A stretch of 64,000 nucleotides of DNA, from NCBI GenBank assembly GCA_016207165.1, contig JACQQD010000009.1, positions 1 through 64,000 on the forward strand, given 5' to 3'. The notes beneath the pieces are model-generated. The model worked only from the letters and a program-made list of their open reading frames with translations. It did no database searches and was not told where the DNA came from. Position numbers and translations under genes: made by a program. Positions 25,920-34,953 of this stretch are shown here, one piece after another. The stretch comes from Candidatus Micrarchaeota archaeon (GTDB lineage Archaea; Micrarchaeota; Micrarchaeia; Norongarragalinales; Norongarragalinaceae). How positions within the stretch are numbered: position 1 is the first letter of the stretch; each line of letters opens with the position of its first letter.

Positions 25920-27390
25920 AGTGGTTTTTGTTGGGGCGGCGCCTGCGGTTCTTTGCCTTTTTGCCGGGTTTGGGTATGTTTTTGGGCATGGGGATTTTGA
26001 GCGCGGCGCGTACGATGCGTTGTTGGTGTTCTTCGAGTTTTTTGGCGTTGGCGTTGAACTCAAGCACGGCGTTGCGGACCTCTCGGCTGGTTTTGGACTG
26101 GGGGTTCCCGGAGTGATTCTCTTCATAGATTTCCTCGTAATACGTTTTGAGTTGGTTTAGTTTGTCGATGACTTTTTTTTGTTCGGTTTGGACTTGCCTT
26201 AGAACGGGCAGTTTTTCTTGGTCGTCTCCTTCTTCTTGAATTTGGGCGATTTGTTGCGTTAATTCGTGATGCGCCTCTTGGAGTTCTTTCCATGGCGCTT
26301 CGGACAGTTCCGCGTAATTGATTTCGGCGAATTGTCGGATGTGTTTGCGGAGGGTTTGTTCGTCGGGCAGTACGCTTGGGTGGCTGAAGGTGGCAATCAT
26401 TTGGCTGAAAAAGTCGCTTTGGCTTTCTCCCAGGAGGTCACGTTGCGGATAGCGGTCATGGTACAGCAACCGTTTTGGCGCGTAGTGCAGGGCAGCTGGG
26501 TCTTCCGCAAACAGTTTGCGTGCGTGGAGGTGGTCTTCACCCCGAAAACGCGTGGGCGGCACGTAGCCGTAATGGGAGAGGCGGAACACCATGGCTCCTC
26601 CGGGTCGTCCGTCAAAGCGGGGACGCGTAAACGTGCGGGTGAAGTCCTCGACGGTTGGCGGGCGGGTCCAAGTCTCCGGCGTCTCCGTGGTCGTGGCCCC
26701 TTGGAGTCCCCGGTAAAATTCCAGTGCTCGCCTGGGGTCTTTCAGGATGTCGTGGAGGTCCAGTGGGTTGTAGTGCCGGCTTCTTTGGGCGTCTTGCAGG
26801 GCCAACCTTAACGCGCGGGGAATTTGGATGTCTTTTTGTCCCACGTAGTTTCCCAGAACCGCCCCGACGCGGGGGTTTGAGAACATGGCTTCGGCGGTGC
26901 CAAACACGGAGATTTCAGGGTGGAGGGGTTGCATCGACCTTGGATCGTCTTGGGTGCTGTAGTGGGGCAAGACGTCGTCATCGATTTGGTGTAGCAGCAC
27001 GTTCCGGGGGTTGACGCGCAACTCACGTGCTAGTCGGAGGCTGGCTAGGTAGCCCATGTTCCGGAGCTGGGAATAGTTGGCGTACTTAAAGAACCGGCGG
27101 AGGCTGGAGGGCACGCCTTCTTTTTTGAGTTCCCGCATGAATTCGTCTTTCCACTGGTTCTGGATAAAGTGGACTTGCCCTTGGAACTCGGGGTTTTCCT
27201 GGAGGAATTCCCGGAGCTCTTTCTTGAGTTGGCCGTAGCCGTGGCGCTGGCTGGCGTTCACGACGATGAACTGCACTCGGTTTTGGGGCGTCCCCGTCTG
27301 CGCAATGTGTTCCTTGTATGCGTGCAGGAATCGCTTCATGGCGTCGGGGCGTTTGGAGGGCACCATGACGAAGTGGTGGAATTCCGGCAT
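25897..27390 (-). CDS. Hypothetical protein with GT-A (glycosyltransferase family 2-like) N-terminal fold and helical basic C-terminus
   Basis: VMVPSKRP, FIVVN, RNMGY, QIDDDV (DxD), FRGED. ATG 27390 lies 30 nt after TATAAAAG. Confidence 0.6.
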   Translation of the reverse strand: MPEFHHFVMVPSKRPDAMKRFLHAYKEHIAQTGTPQNRVQFIVVNASQRHGYGQLKKELREFLQENPEFQGQVHFIQNQWKDEFMRELKKEGVPSSLRRFFKYANYSQLRNMGYLASLRLARELRVNPRNVLLHQIDDDVLPHYSTQDDPRSMQPLHPEISVFGTAEAMFSNPRVGAVLGNYVGQKDIQIPRALRLALQDAQRSRHYNPLDLHDILKDPRRALEFYRGLQGATTTETPETWTRPPTVEDFTRTFTRPRFDGRPGGAMVFRLSHYGYVPPTRFRGEDHLHARKLFAEDPAALHYAPKRLLYHDRYPQRDLLGESQSDFFSQMIATFSHPSVLPDEQTLRKHIRQFAEINYAELSEAPWKELQEAHHELTQQIAQIQEEGDDQEKLPVLRQVQTEQKKVIDKLNQLKTYYEEIYEENHSGNPQSKTSREVRNAVLEFNANAKKLEEHQQRIVRAALKIPMPKNIPKPGKKAKNRRRRPNKNHFMKPRFP

Positions 27391-27416
27391 GGTGGGGTTT
27401 GGTGGGTTTAGACTTT

Positions 27417-27465
27417 TATAGCAATCCCGGAAAGTAACCCGACAAAATAGTCCGGGATTGCTATA
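27417..27465. repeat. Palindromic TAGCAA...TTGCTA element, single unit (copy A)
   Basis: 15-bp inverted arms TATAGCAATCCCGGA/TCCGGGATTGCTATA. Near-identical to units at 46796 and 53703. Confidence 0.9.
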
Positions 27466-27467
27466 AT

Positions 27468-27701
27468 TTACCCGATGCGGACGCCCAAGGCGTTTAGGAC
27501 CATGCCGAGCACCAGGGCCAGCAATACGGAGGCGATGACGAGGGTAATGTAGGAGATGGCCTTGATTTCGTAGACTTTTCTTTCGACGAGGCTTTCCGTG
27601 GTCTTCTCCCATTCCGAGAACGCGCTTTGGTCGATTTGCAGTTTTTCGAGGCGCTTTTCGATGCGTTCCAAGCGTTTTTGAGTACTGTCGCGTTGCAGCA
27701 T
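27468..27701 (-). CDS. Small protein, coiled coil plus C-terminal TM
   Basis: GGAGA RBS and a hydrophobic C-terminal helix. Confidence 0.65.
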   Translation of the reverse strand: MLQRDSTQKRLERIEKRLEKLQIDQSAFSEWEKTTESLVERKVYEIKAISYITLVIASVLLALVLGMVLNALGVRIG

Positions 27702-27854
27702 GCCGGTTTCTCCCGAAGGCTATTAAACGCTTTATGGCTATATTAATCGTCCTCTTCAGCGCGAAGCGGTGGGCGGCTCAGCGTTCCGATGGTCCAAAAG
27801 ACCATGGGTTCCGACTGTTCGCCCGTTGCGGCTAAGACAGGTGGGGAATTTTTC

Positions 27855-29900
27855 GTGGCAGAGGACTTCGTAAAGCTTTTTGAGGCTTTTTTTGACGCCA
27901 AAATGAGGGACGCCGTCACGGACACGTACAGCCAGTGGCCCAAGAAGCACAGCGTCAACGTCGATTACGGCGTATTGGACGCGTTTGATCCCGAACTCTG
28001 CGAAAAACTCTTGGAAAAGCCGGACGTCGTCGTCGACTGGGCGGAAACGGCCTTGAAGCATTTCACGCAATCCTTGTTCCAGGAGGAACGCGCGCTTCAC
28101 GTCCGCTTTTTCAATTTGCCGAGTCTTTTTGAGGTTCCGGTACAGGCCTTGGGTGCCGAGCACTTGGACCGACTGGTTCGGGTGGAAGGCGTGGTTTCCT
28201 GGGTCACGGAAATCAAGCCCCTCATGAAAGTCGCCTTGTGGCAGTGCATTCACTGCGGGCACACCATCAAAACAGCCACCGATAAGTCCGCGTTCAAGAA
28301 ACCGGGTTTGTGTCAGTGCGGCCGCCGGGATTTTGAGTTGCTGGAAAAGACGGGTGAATCCAACTTCATCAACATGCAGCGCGCCCAAGTGCAGGAACTC
28401 GTGGAAAAACTGCGGGGCAACGCGCCGACCGCGAACGTGGAGTTGTGGATGGAGGAAGACCTCGTCAACATCATGGTGCCCGGCGAAAAGTTCATTATGA
28501 CCGGCGTTTTGCGGTTGCGGCCCGTCAAGGAGGGGAAAACGAAAACGGCGGTGTACTCCAAGTTTTTGGACGTCCTGCATTTGCAGCGGATGGAGCGCGA
28601 GTTTGAAGCCATCGAGATTTCCAAGGAGGAAGAAGAGCAAATCCGGAAATTGGCCAAGGATCCCGGGTTGTTCGAGAAAATCGTCAAAAGCGTGGCGCCC
28701 TCCATTTACGGGTACAGTGAACTCAAGCAAGCCATTGCGTTGCAATTGTTCGGTGGCACGCCGGGGAAAGTCTTGCCGGACGGGAAACGCATCCGCAACG
28801 ACGCGCATATTTTGTTAATCGGTGACCCTGGTACCGCGAAAAGCTCGGTGTTGGGCTACGTGTCGCACATTGCGCCGAAAAGCGTGTTCGTGTCCGGCGA
28901 GTCGGCCACCGCCGTGGGCTTGACGGCTTCCGCTGAAAGGGACAAGGAAGGCGAGGGGTGGATCATCAAGGCGGGAGCCATGGTGTTGGCCAACGGGGGT
29001 TTGGCGATCATCGACGAATTCGACAAGATGGGTTTGGAGGACCGCGGGTCCATTCATCAAGCCATGGAACAGCAGAAAATTTCGGTGGCCAAAGCCGGCA
29101 TCGTCACCCAATTTCAGTCCAAGACCGCGGTTCTGGCGGCGGCCAACCCCAAGTTCGGGCGGTTTGACCCCAACGTTCCTCCGGCACAGCAATTCAACAT
29201 TTCCCCCGCGCTTTTGTCGCGGTTCGACTTGATTTTCACGATCAAGGATGTATTGGACGAGACGCGGGACCGCAAGATGGCCGACCACATTTTGCTGGGG
29301 CACAAGACGGGTCTTCAAAAAGAACCGGTTACCGACGAAGCCATTCTGCCGGCCATCAATTTGGATCTTTTGAGAAAGTACATCGCGTTCGCTCGCCGGA
29401 CGGTTCACCCCGTGCTGACGGAGGAGGCGTCCGAGAAAATCAAGGAATTCTACGTGGAATTGCGGCGGATGGGTGAAAAGGACAAGACGTTCGCCATTAC
29501 GGCAAGACAGATCGAGGGCGTGATCCGGTTGGCGGAGGCTTCCGCGAAACTGCGGCTTTCCGATCGCGTGGAATTGCAGGACGCGGAACGCTCCATTGCT
29601 TTGGTCAACTTTGTGCTCAACGACGTGTTCGTCGACAAGACCACTGGGCGAATCGACTCGGACATCATTTCCATTGGCCAGCCCAAAAGCCGCGTGGATC
29701 GGATGAGAACGATTTTGAACGTGATCCGGTCGCTTGAGAAGCAGTTTGACTTGGTGGCGGTGGATGACGTGGTCAAGGAAGCCGTGGCGTACGGGTTGGA
29801 TGACGTGTATGTGCGGCAATTGATTGACGAACTCAAGCGCCAAGGTGACCTGTACGAGCCGAAAGTGGGGCACATTAAATTGTCCAGGAAAGACTTGTAG
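27855..29900 (+). CDS. mcm: Replicative helicase MCM (no intein)
   Basis: Zn finger CIHC..CQC, GDPGTAKS, IDEFDKM, AAANP, SRFD, ARQIEG, C-terminal winged helix. GTG 27855 after GGTGGGG. Confidence 0.97.
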   Translation: MAEDFVKLFEAFFDAKMRDAVTDTYSQWPKKHSVNVDYGVLDAFDPELCEKLLEKPDVVVDWAETALKHFTQSLFQEERALHVRFFNLPSLFEVPVQALGAEHLDRLVRVEGVVSWVTEIKPLMKVALWQCIHCGHTIKTATDKSAFKKPGLCQCGRRDFELLEKTGESNFINMQRAQVQELVEKLRGNAPTANVELWMEEDLVNIMVPGEKFIMTGVLRLRPVKEGKTKTAVYSKFLDVLHLQRMEREFEAIEISKEEEEQIRKLAKDPGLFEKIVKSVAPSIYGYSELKQAIALQLFGGTPGKVLPDGKRIRNDAHILLIGDPGTAKSSVLGYVSHIAPKSVFVSGESATAVGLTASAERDKEGEGWIIKAGAMVLANGGLAIIDEFDKMGLEDRGSIHQAMEQQKISVAKAGIVTQFQSKTAVLAAANPKFGRFDPNVPPAQQFNISPALLSRFDLIFTIKDVLDETRDRKMADHILLGHKTGLQKEPVTDEAILPAINLDLLRKYIAFARRTVHPVLTEEASEKIKEFYVELRRMGEKDKTFAITARQIEGVIRLAEASAKLRLSDRVELQDAERSIALVNFVLNDVFVDKTTGRIDSDIISIGQPKSRVDRMRTILNVIRSLEKQFDLVAVDDVVKEAVAYGLDDVYVRQLIDELKRQGDLYEPKVGHIKLSRKDL

Positions 29901-29950
29901 TTTTCAAAGCAATTGTATAAAATGCTGAATCCGCTTTCTACTTTGAAGAA

Positions 29951-30745
29951 ATGGTTTTTCGCATCCGCTTCGTGGCCCTGCAACTGTTGCTTGTGTTTGC
30001 CGTGGCGCAAGCCGCGGGACTGGTTGTCGGGTCTTTGTTTTTGGCGCAAGACATTCAAGTGATGGAGGACCCGTCGGATCCCGCCAACGCGTTGTATTTC
30101 CTGGGCGGCATCCTGGTGAGCACCGCCGTGCTCATGGCGGTGCTGTATTTCTACAAGGGCACCTGGTTTTTCAAGGCGGTCGAGGCGTTGCTGATGTTCG
30201 TGGCCGCGAACTTGTTTTTCTCGTTTTTCTTGGACGGTGTCGCGGCGTTGGGCGTGGCGGTGGGCTTGGTGGCGTTGCGGTTGCTCTTTGAGCCGTTCCG
30301 GCAGTACCTGCTCTTGTTTTCCACGGTCGTGGTCGGCGGACTTTTGGGCGCGTCGTTGGAATTTTTTCCCGTGTTGCTGTTTGTGGTGTTGTTGGCGGCG
30401 TACGATTTTGCCGCCGTTTTCCTTACGAAGCACATGGTGTTTTTGGCGAAGCGTTTGGATGAGCGGAAGGCGAGTTTTTCGGTGGGCTTCAAGCAGAAAA
30501 GACAGGAAGTGCAGTTGGGCACCGGCGACTTTGTGGTGCCCATCGTTTTGGCGGTATCTGTTTTGAATGGGTTCGGGCCGTTTTTGGCTTTGGCGGCCGG
30601 GTTGGGAGCGGTGCTGGGTTTGGGCGGGCTTTTGTGGCACATGGAGTCCAGGAAAGGCTATTTTCCGGGCTTGCCTCCGATTGTCGGCGGCCAATTGCTT
30701 TTGGTGGGCGTCGGGTTCTTGGTGAAAACGGTTTTGGGCGGTTGA
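29951..30745 (+). CDS. Presenilin/GxGD-family intramembrane aspartyl protease
   Basis: Multiple TMs with YD, LGTGD and PGLP motifs. Confidence 0.9.
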   Translation: MVFRIRFVALQLLLVFAVAQAAGLVVGSLFLAQDIQVMEDPSDPANALYFLGGILVSTAVLMAVLYFYKGTWFFKAVEALLMFVAANLFFSFFLDGVAALGVAVGLVALRLLFEPFRQYLLLFSTVVVGGLLGASLEFFPVLLFVVLLAAYDFAAVFLTKHMVFLAKRLDERKASFSVGFKQKRQEVQLGTGDFVVPIVLAVSVLNGFGPFLALAAGLGAVLGLGGLLWHMESRKGYFPGLPPIVGGQLLLVGVGFLVKTVLGG

Positions 30746-31507
30746 TTGACGTTGTCGGACGTTTTGTTTTACGTGTTGGTGTTCGGCATTTCCTTTGCTG
30801 GCGCCTTCGTGTCCATCGTGGGTGGAGGAGCCAGTTTGCTGGTGGTTCCCGTTTTGGTGATCTTGGGCGTGCCCATTCACGCGGTGGTGGCGACAAACCG
30901 CGTGTACGTGACGGTGTTCTTGCTGGCGGGCTTGCTGAATTACTTGCGGAAAAAGGTGCGTCTTGATTTTCGCGTTCTGTCCGCGTTTTTGGCGTTGCGC
31001 ATGGTGGGCGGCTTTGTCGGTTCTTCGCTGGTGCTGTCGTTGGACGAATCGTTTCTCAAGTCGTTGGCTGGCGCCGTGATCTTGGCGGCGGCCGTCGCCG
31101 TGGCGTTGGTGGAGCTTCTGCCTCCATTCAAGCGGCTGGGCCGTCCCAGTCGGCGCCGCTTTGCGGTGGTGGCTCTGGGCATGCTGATGCTGGGCATTTA
31201 CGCGGGGTTTGTCGGCGGTGGGGTCGCCGTGTTCGCTCGCGTGTTGTTGGTGTTGGCGTTCGGCTTTACGTTTTTGGAGGCGGCGGCGGCCGAGGCGGTG
31301 CTGGGACTTGGCGAAGGTTTGGCGGCATCCGCCGTTTTTTTGGCCGCCGGCGCCGTGGATTTCGTGTTGTTGTTGCCCATGGCCGCCGGGGGGATTCTGG
31401 GTGCCGTGGCCGGCTCCTCCATGGCGGTGCGCAAGGGTGATGGGTGGATTCGGCGCGTGGTAGTCCTGTTGGTCGTTGTTTTGGTCGCCAAAATGCTTTT
31501 TTTCTGA
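30746..31507 (+). CDS. TauE/SafE (TSUP) family transporter
   Basis: About 8 TMs with duplicated G..GGG motifs (VGGGASLLVVP / VGGGVAVF). Confidence 0.88.
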   Translation: MTLSDVLFYVLVFGISFAGAFVSIVGGGASLLVVPVLVILGVPIHAVVATNRVYVTVFLLAGLLNYLRKKVRLDFRVLSAFLALRMVGGFVGSSLVLSLDESFLKSLAGAVILAAAVAVALVELLPPFKRLGRPSRRRFAVVALGMLMLGIYAGFVGGGVAVFARVLLVLAFGFTFLEAAAAEAVLGLGEGLAASAVFLAAGAVDFVLLLPMAAGGILGAVAGSSMAVRKGDGWIRRVVVLLVVVLVAKMLFF

Positions 31508-31611
31508 ATGCGGCCCTGGGTTTAAATAGGCCGGCCGTGAAATAAGGTACGTCGCGAGGGCAGTTCCTTCTTGAGAACTTGTCCGTTTACGATTTACCGA
31601 GGTTTAGTGTC

Positions 31612-32022
31612 ATGAGCGTATCCGATTACAATGCGTTGCTGGACAACGTTTTCGCGAAGTTGCCGGAGAAAAAGTCGAAAGGCGAGCGCTTCGAGCCGCC
31701 GGTGCCGGAGATTTTCCTGCAAGGAAACAAGACGGTGGTGCGCAACTTTGACGCCATGTGCCAGAAGCTCCGGAGAAAGCCGGAGGAGTTGGCCAAGTTC
31801 TTGTTCCGGGAACTGGCCGTTCCGGGAACCATTGCCGCGAAGACCCTGGTTTTGCAGACCAAGGTGCCCGCCCGCGTGTTGAACGAGAAATTCTCTTTTT
31901 ACGTGGACCAGTGCGTCATGTGCCGCGAGTGCGGCAAGCCGGACACGCACATTCGATACGGCGCGCCCGTCAACACCTTGATTTGCGAGGCGTGTGGCGC
32001 CACGAGGCCGATCCGCGTATGA
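31612..32022 (+). CDS. eif2b: Translation initiation factor aIF-2 beta
   Basis: RFEPP, GNKTVVRNF, CRECGKPDT, CEACGA. Confidence 0.95.
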   Translation: MSVSDYNALLDNVFAKLPEKKSKGERFEPPVPEIFLQGNKTVVRNFDAMCQKLRRKPEELAKFLFRELAVPGTIAAKTLVLQTKVPARVLNEKFSFYVDQCVMCRECGKPDTHIRYGAPVNTLICEACGATRPIRV

Positions 32023-32324
32023 GCGCGTACCGTCCCCCGGAGCCGGCTGGCCCTGTCCGCGTGCGGTTGCCGCGTCCTGGCGAAATCGTGGGCGTCGTCA
32101 CGGAGCTGGTCGGCGGCGCGCGCATGCGGGTGCAGTGCGAGGACGGAAAGGACCGTTTGGCGCGGGTGCCTGGAAAGATCCGCCGGCGTATTTGGGTTCG
32201 GTCCGGTGATTACGTGTTGATCAAGCCGTGGTCGGTGGAAGGCGATGAGAAGTGCGACATCGTGTTCCGTTACACGAAAGTCCAGTCCGACGCGCTTCGG
32301 GCCAAAGGGCATTTGAAGATGTAG
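32019..32324 (+). CDS. eif1a: Translation initiation factor aIF-1A
   Basis: RVRLPR, RVPGKIRRRIWVRSGDYV, FRYT. Confidence 0.95.
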   Translation: MSAYRPPEPAGPVRVRLPRPGEIVGVVTELVGGARMRVQCEDGKDRLARVPGKIRRRIWVRSGDYVLIKPWSVEGDEKCDIVFRYTKVQSDALRAKGHLKM

Positions 32325-32348
32325 GTTGGCGGGAGACGGCTTTTTTTC

Positions 32349-33101
32349 ATGGCGCGGCGGTTGTCCAAACGGAAGCGTCCAAGGCTGGAGGACAAACCCC
32401 AAAAAGAACGCAATCCCATCGCGCACCGCGTGTTTGATGACAAGACCATCGACGTCCTTCTGCACTTGTTGAACAACGGCGTGATTTCCTCGCTGGATTA
32501 CCCGGTTTCCTCTGGAAAGGAAAGCATCGTGTTTCGCGCCACGACGCCGGAGGGCTTTGCGGCGGTCAAGATCTTCAAGTACGAGACGTCGGCGTTCCGC
32601 CGATTCGCCGAGTACCTTGAAGGCGACCCGCGTTTTACCATGAAGCCGACGCTGCGCGCGCGGGTGCAGGTGTGGGCGAAAAAGGAGTTTCTCAACCTCA
32701 AGACGTGCCACGGCGTGGGGGTGCGCGTGCCGGAGCCTTTTGCGGTCCGCGAGAACGTGGTGGTCATGGAATTCATTGGAGAAAACGGCGTGGCCGCGCC
32801 TAGGCTTGAAGCAATCACTTTGGAGGATCCCCAAGCCGTGGCGGAGGATTTGGTGTTTCAGGCGTCGAAAGTGTACCGGGAGGCGCGCATCGTGCACGCG
32901 GATTTAAGTTCGTTCAACGTGCTTTTTGCGGAGAAGCCGGTTATCATTGACTGGGCGCAGGGCGTGTCGGTACGCCACCCGCGTGCCGAGGAGTTTTTGG
33001 AGCGGGACGCGCGCAACGTGGCGGCGTTTTTCAGTCGGCAGAAAGTGGATGTGGATTCAAACGCGGTTCTGTCCGCGATCCGCGACGGCCAGGGTTTATA
33101 A
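32349..33101 (+). CDS. rio1: RIO1 serine protein kinase
   Basis: SGKES, AVKIF, WAKKEFLNL, VHADLSSFNV, IDWAQ. Conserved position after aIF-1A. Confidence 0.94.
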   Translation: MARRLSKRKRPRLEDKPQKERNPIAHRVFDDKTIDVLLHLLNNGVISSLDYPVSSGKESIVFRATTPEGFAAVKIFKYETSAFRRFAEYLEGDPRFTMKPTLRARVQVWAKKEFLNLKTCHGVGVRVPEPFAVRENVVVMEFIGENGVAAPRLEAITLEDPQAVAEDLVFQASKVYREARIVHADLSSFNVLFAEKPVIIDWAQGVSVRHPRAEEFLERDARNVAAFFSRQKVDVDSNAVLSAIRDGQGL

Positions 33102-33124
33102 GTTTCGCATTCGTTAAGTCGCTT

Positions 33125-34150
33125 ATGCGCGCGGGACTGGCTTTGGTGTTGTTGGCGGCGTTTTCCGGGGTTTTCGTCCAGTCCGAGGCCCTGGAGTGCA
33201 CGGACTTTCTGACGTTTAACTTTCAGGGCGCCGCGAAGGTGCCCGAGAACGCGTTTGACTACAATTCGTCGGTGCTCGCGTTGCGCGTGAGCTCGGGCCG
33301 CGAGCAGGCGTTTAACTTTTCAAACGTCAGCCACAAGTATTTCTACGTGTCCTTGGAGGACTACGCGTTCCGAAGTTCCAAGTCCGGGGACGTGTATTAC
33401 CAGAACACGGCGGGCAACGACCCCCGGAACTACTATTTTTCGGTGTGGAACGCGTCGCGTGTCCCTTGGTTTTGTGGCGAGGAAAAATTGGCGGACTTGA
33501 CGGTGTCCACGGAAACGCTTTCCGGCCGGTTTTATTCCGCTGACGGCGCATTGCTTCCCATTGCCGACGTGTTGGTGGTGGGTTTGGAGACGCCGTTTGA
33601 CGGCGCTTTCCTGGTCACGGATTATGCGTCGACCGGCAAAATTTACGTGGTGGCCGATGCCGGCCAGGACGTGTTGCAGAAAGGCTACTTGCTGTATGAC
33701 GCCGGCAACAACCAGTTTTTCGCGTCGGCGTTCAAGTCGCTTCGGTTCCGCGTGCCTTCGGATCCGGCGACGTTCTGCCGCAACTACGCGGGGTATTGTT
33801 TGGACGCTTCAGGCGCGCACGCCGACGCGTGCCTGAACGCGAGGAATTTGGAGCAGTTCTTCTGCAACAAGGGCGCCTGCATTTCCAACGTGACGGCGTG
33901 CACGGGCGCGTGCGAAGTGGGGTTGTGCGTGGCGGCGACTCCGACGCCGTCGGTTCTGCCGTCCGTCACCGTGGCGCCGACGTTCGTGCCCACCTTTGAG
34001 CCCACGGCGTCCGTGGTGGCGCCCACGGCGGCTCCGGCTGCTTCGGCGCAAACCGATTCGGGTTTGCTGGTTCCCATCGTCGTTGTTTTGGCCATTGGCG
34101 GCATCGCGTACTACTTTTTGTTCATGAAGAAAGCCCCGAGAGGGTTGTAG
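33125..34150 (+). CDS. Secreted Cys-rich, C-terminally anchored surface protein
   Basis: Signal peptide, Cys cluster, PT linker, TM plus KKAPRGL. Confidence 0.8.
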   Translation: MRAGLALVLLAAFSGVFVQSEALECTDFLTFNFQGAAKVPENAFDYNSSVLALRVSSGREQAFNFSNVSHKYFYVSLEDYAFRSSKSGDVYYQNTAGNDPRNYYFSVWNASRVPWFCGEEKLADLTVSTETLSGRFYSADGALLPIADVLVVGLETPFDGAFLVTDYASTGKIYVVADAGQDVLQKGYLLYDAGNNQFFASAFKSLRFRVPSDPATFCRNYAGYCLDASGAHADACLNARNLEQFFCNKGACISNVTACTGACEVGLCVAATPTPSVLPSVTVAPTFVPTFEPTASVVAPTAAPAASAQTDSGLLVPIVVVLAIGGIAYYFLFMKKAPRGL

Positions 34151-34154
34151 TTTC

Positions 34155-34814
34155 ATGGCGTTTGTGGTGTTGAACCTCAAAACCTACGTGGAAAGCACGG
34201 GACAAAACGCGCTTTTTTTGTTGGAGGCCGCGGCAACCGCTCGGACGAATCATTCCCTGGTTTTCTGCCCGTCGCCGTTGGATGCGTCCTTGGTGGCGCG
34301 GTCGCGGACCGGCGGCCAGCCGCTTTTGTTTGGGCAGTACGCCGACGCCAACTCGTCGGGCGCGTTCACCGGTTCCGCGCCGTTGGATCAATTCAAGAAA
34401 CTGGGTTTTGAGGGCACGTTGTTGAATCATTCGGAGAAGAAAATCCCCCATCCCCAGATCCAGAAAACCGTTGAGGCCGCCAAAAAGCTGGGTTTGAAGG
34501 CGTTGGTGTGCGCGGATTCAGTGGCCGAGGCGAAAAAAGTGGCGGCGTTTCGGCCTTGGGCGGTGGCCATCGAGCCGCCGGAACTCATTGGCTCCGGGGT
34601 CTCCGTGTCGTCGGTGCAACCCGAATTGGTTCGGGACGGCGTTTCGGCCGTCAAGGCCGTGGATGGATCCGTGAAGGCGTTCGTGGGCGCGGGAGTGTCG
34701 AATCGATCGGATTTCGTGACTTCCTTGCAGTTGGGAGCCGAAGGCGTTTTGCTTGCGTCCGCGTTTGCCAAGGCCAAGGACCCGGAGAAGTGGCTCAAGG
34801 ATTTCTTGGGTTAA
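34155..34814 (+). CDS. tpiA: Triosephosphate isomerase (archaeal type)
   Basis: NLKTY, NHSE, IEPPELIGSG, GAGV, GVLLAS. Confidence 0.95.
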   Translation: MAFVVLNLKTYVESTGQNALFLLEAAATARTNHSLVFCPSPLDASLVARSRTGGQPLLFGQYADANSSGAFTGSAPLDQFKKLGFEGTLLNHSEKKIPHPQIQKTVEAAKKLGLKALVCADSVAEAKKVAAFRPWAVAIEPPELIGSGVSVSSVQPELVRDGVSAVKAVDGSVKAFVGAGVSNRSDFVTSLQLGAEGVLLASAFAKAKDPEKWLKDFLG

Positions 34815-34953
34815 TCGTTGTGGTTTTCGAATCGTTGAATCATTTTTTGCTTTTCTTTTTCTGAACGCAAAGTGCCCCTGGCCGTTTTGTTTCCTCTCGT
34901 TTCAGGGGGCGTGGCTTTGGGATGCGTGGATTTTATGGGTCTACTTTTTTTCC

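Noticed and set aside
27855-29900. Intein in MCM
   Set aside because: Length and motifs are contiguous, with no insertion.
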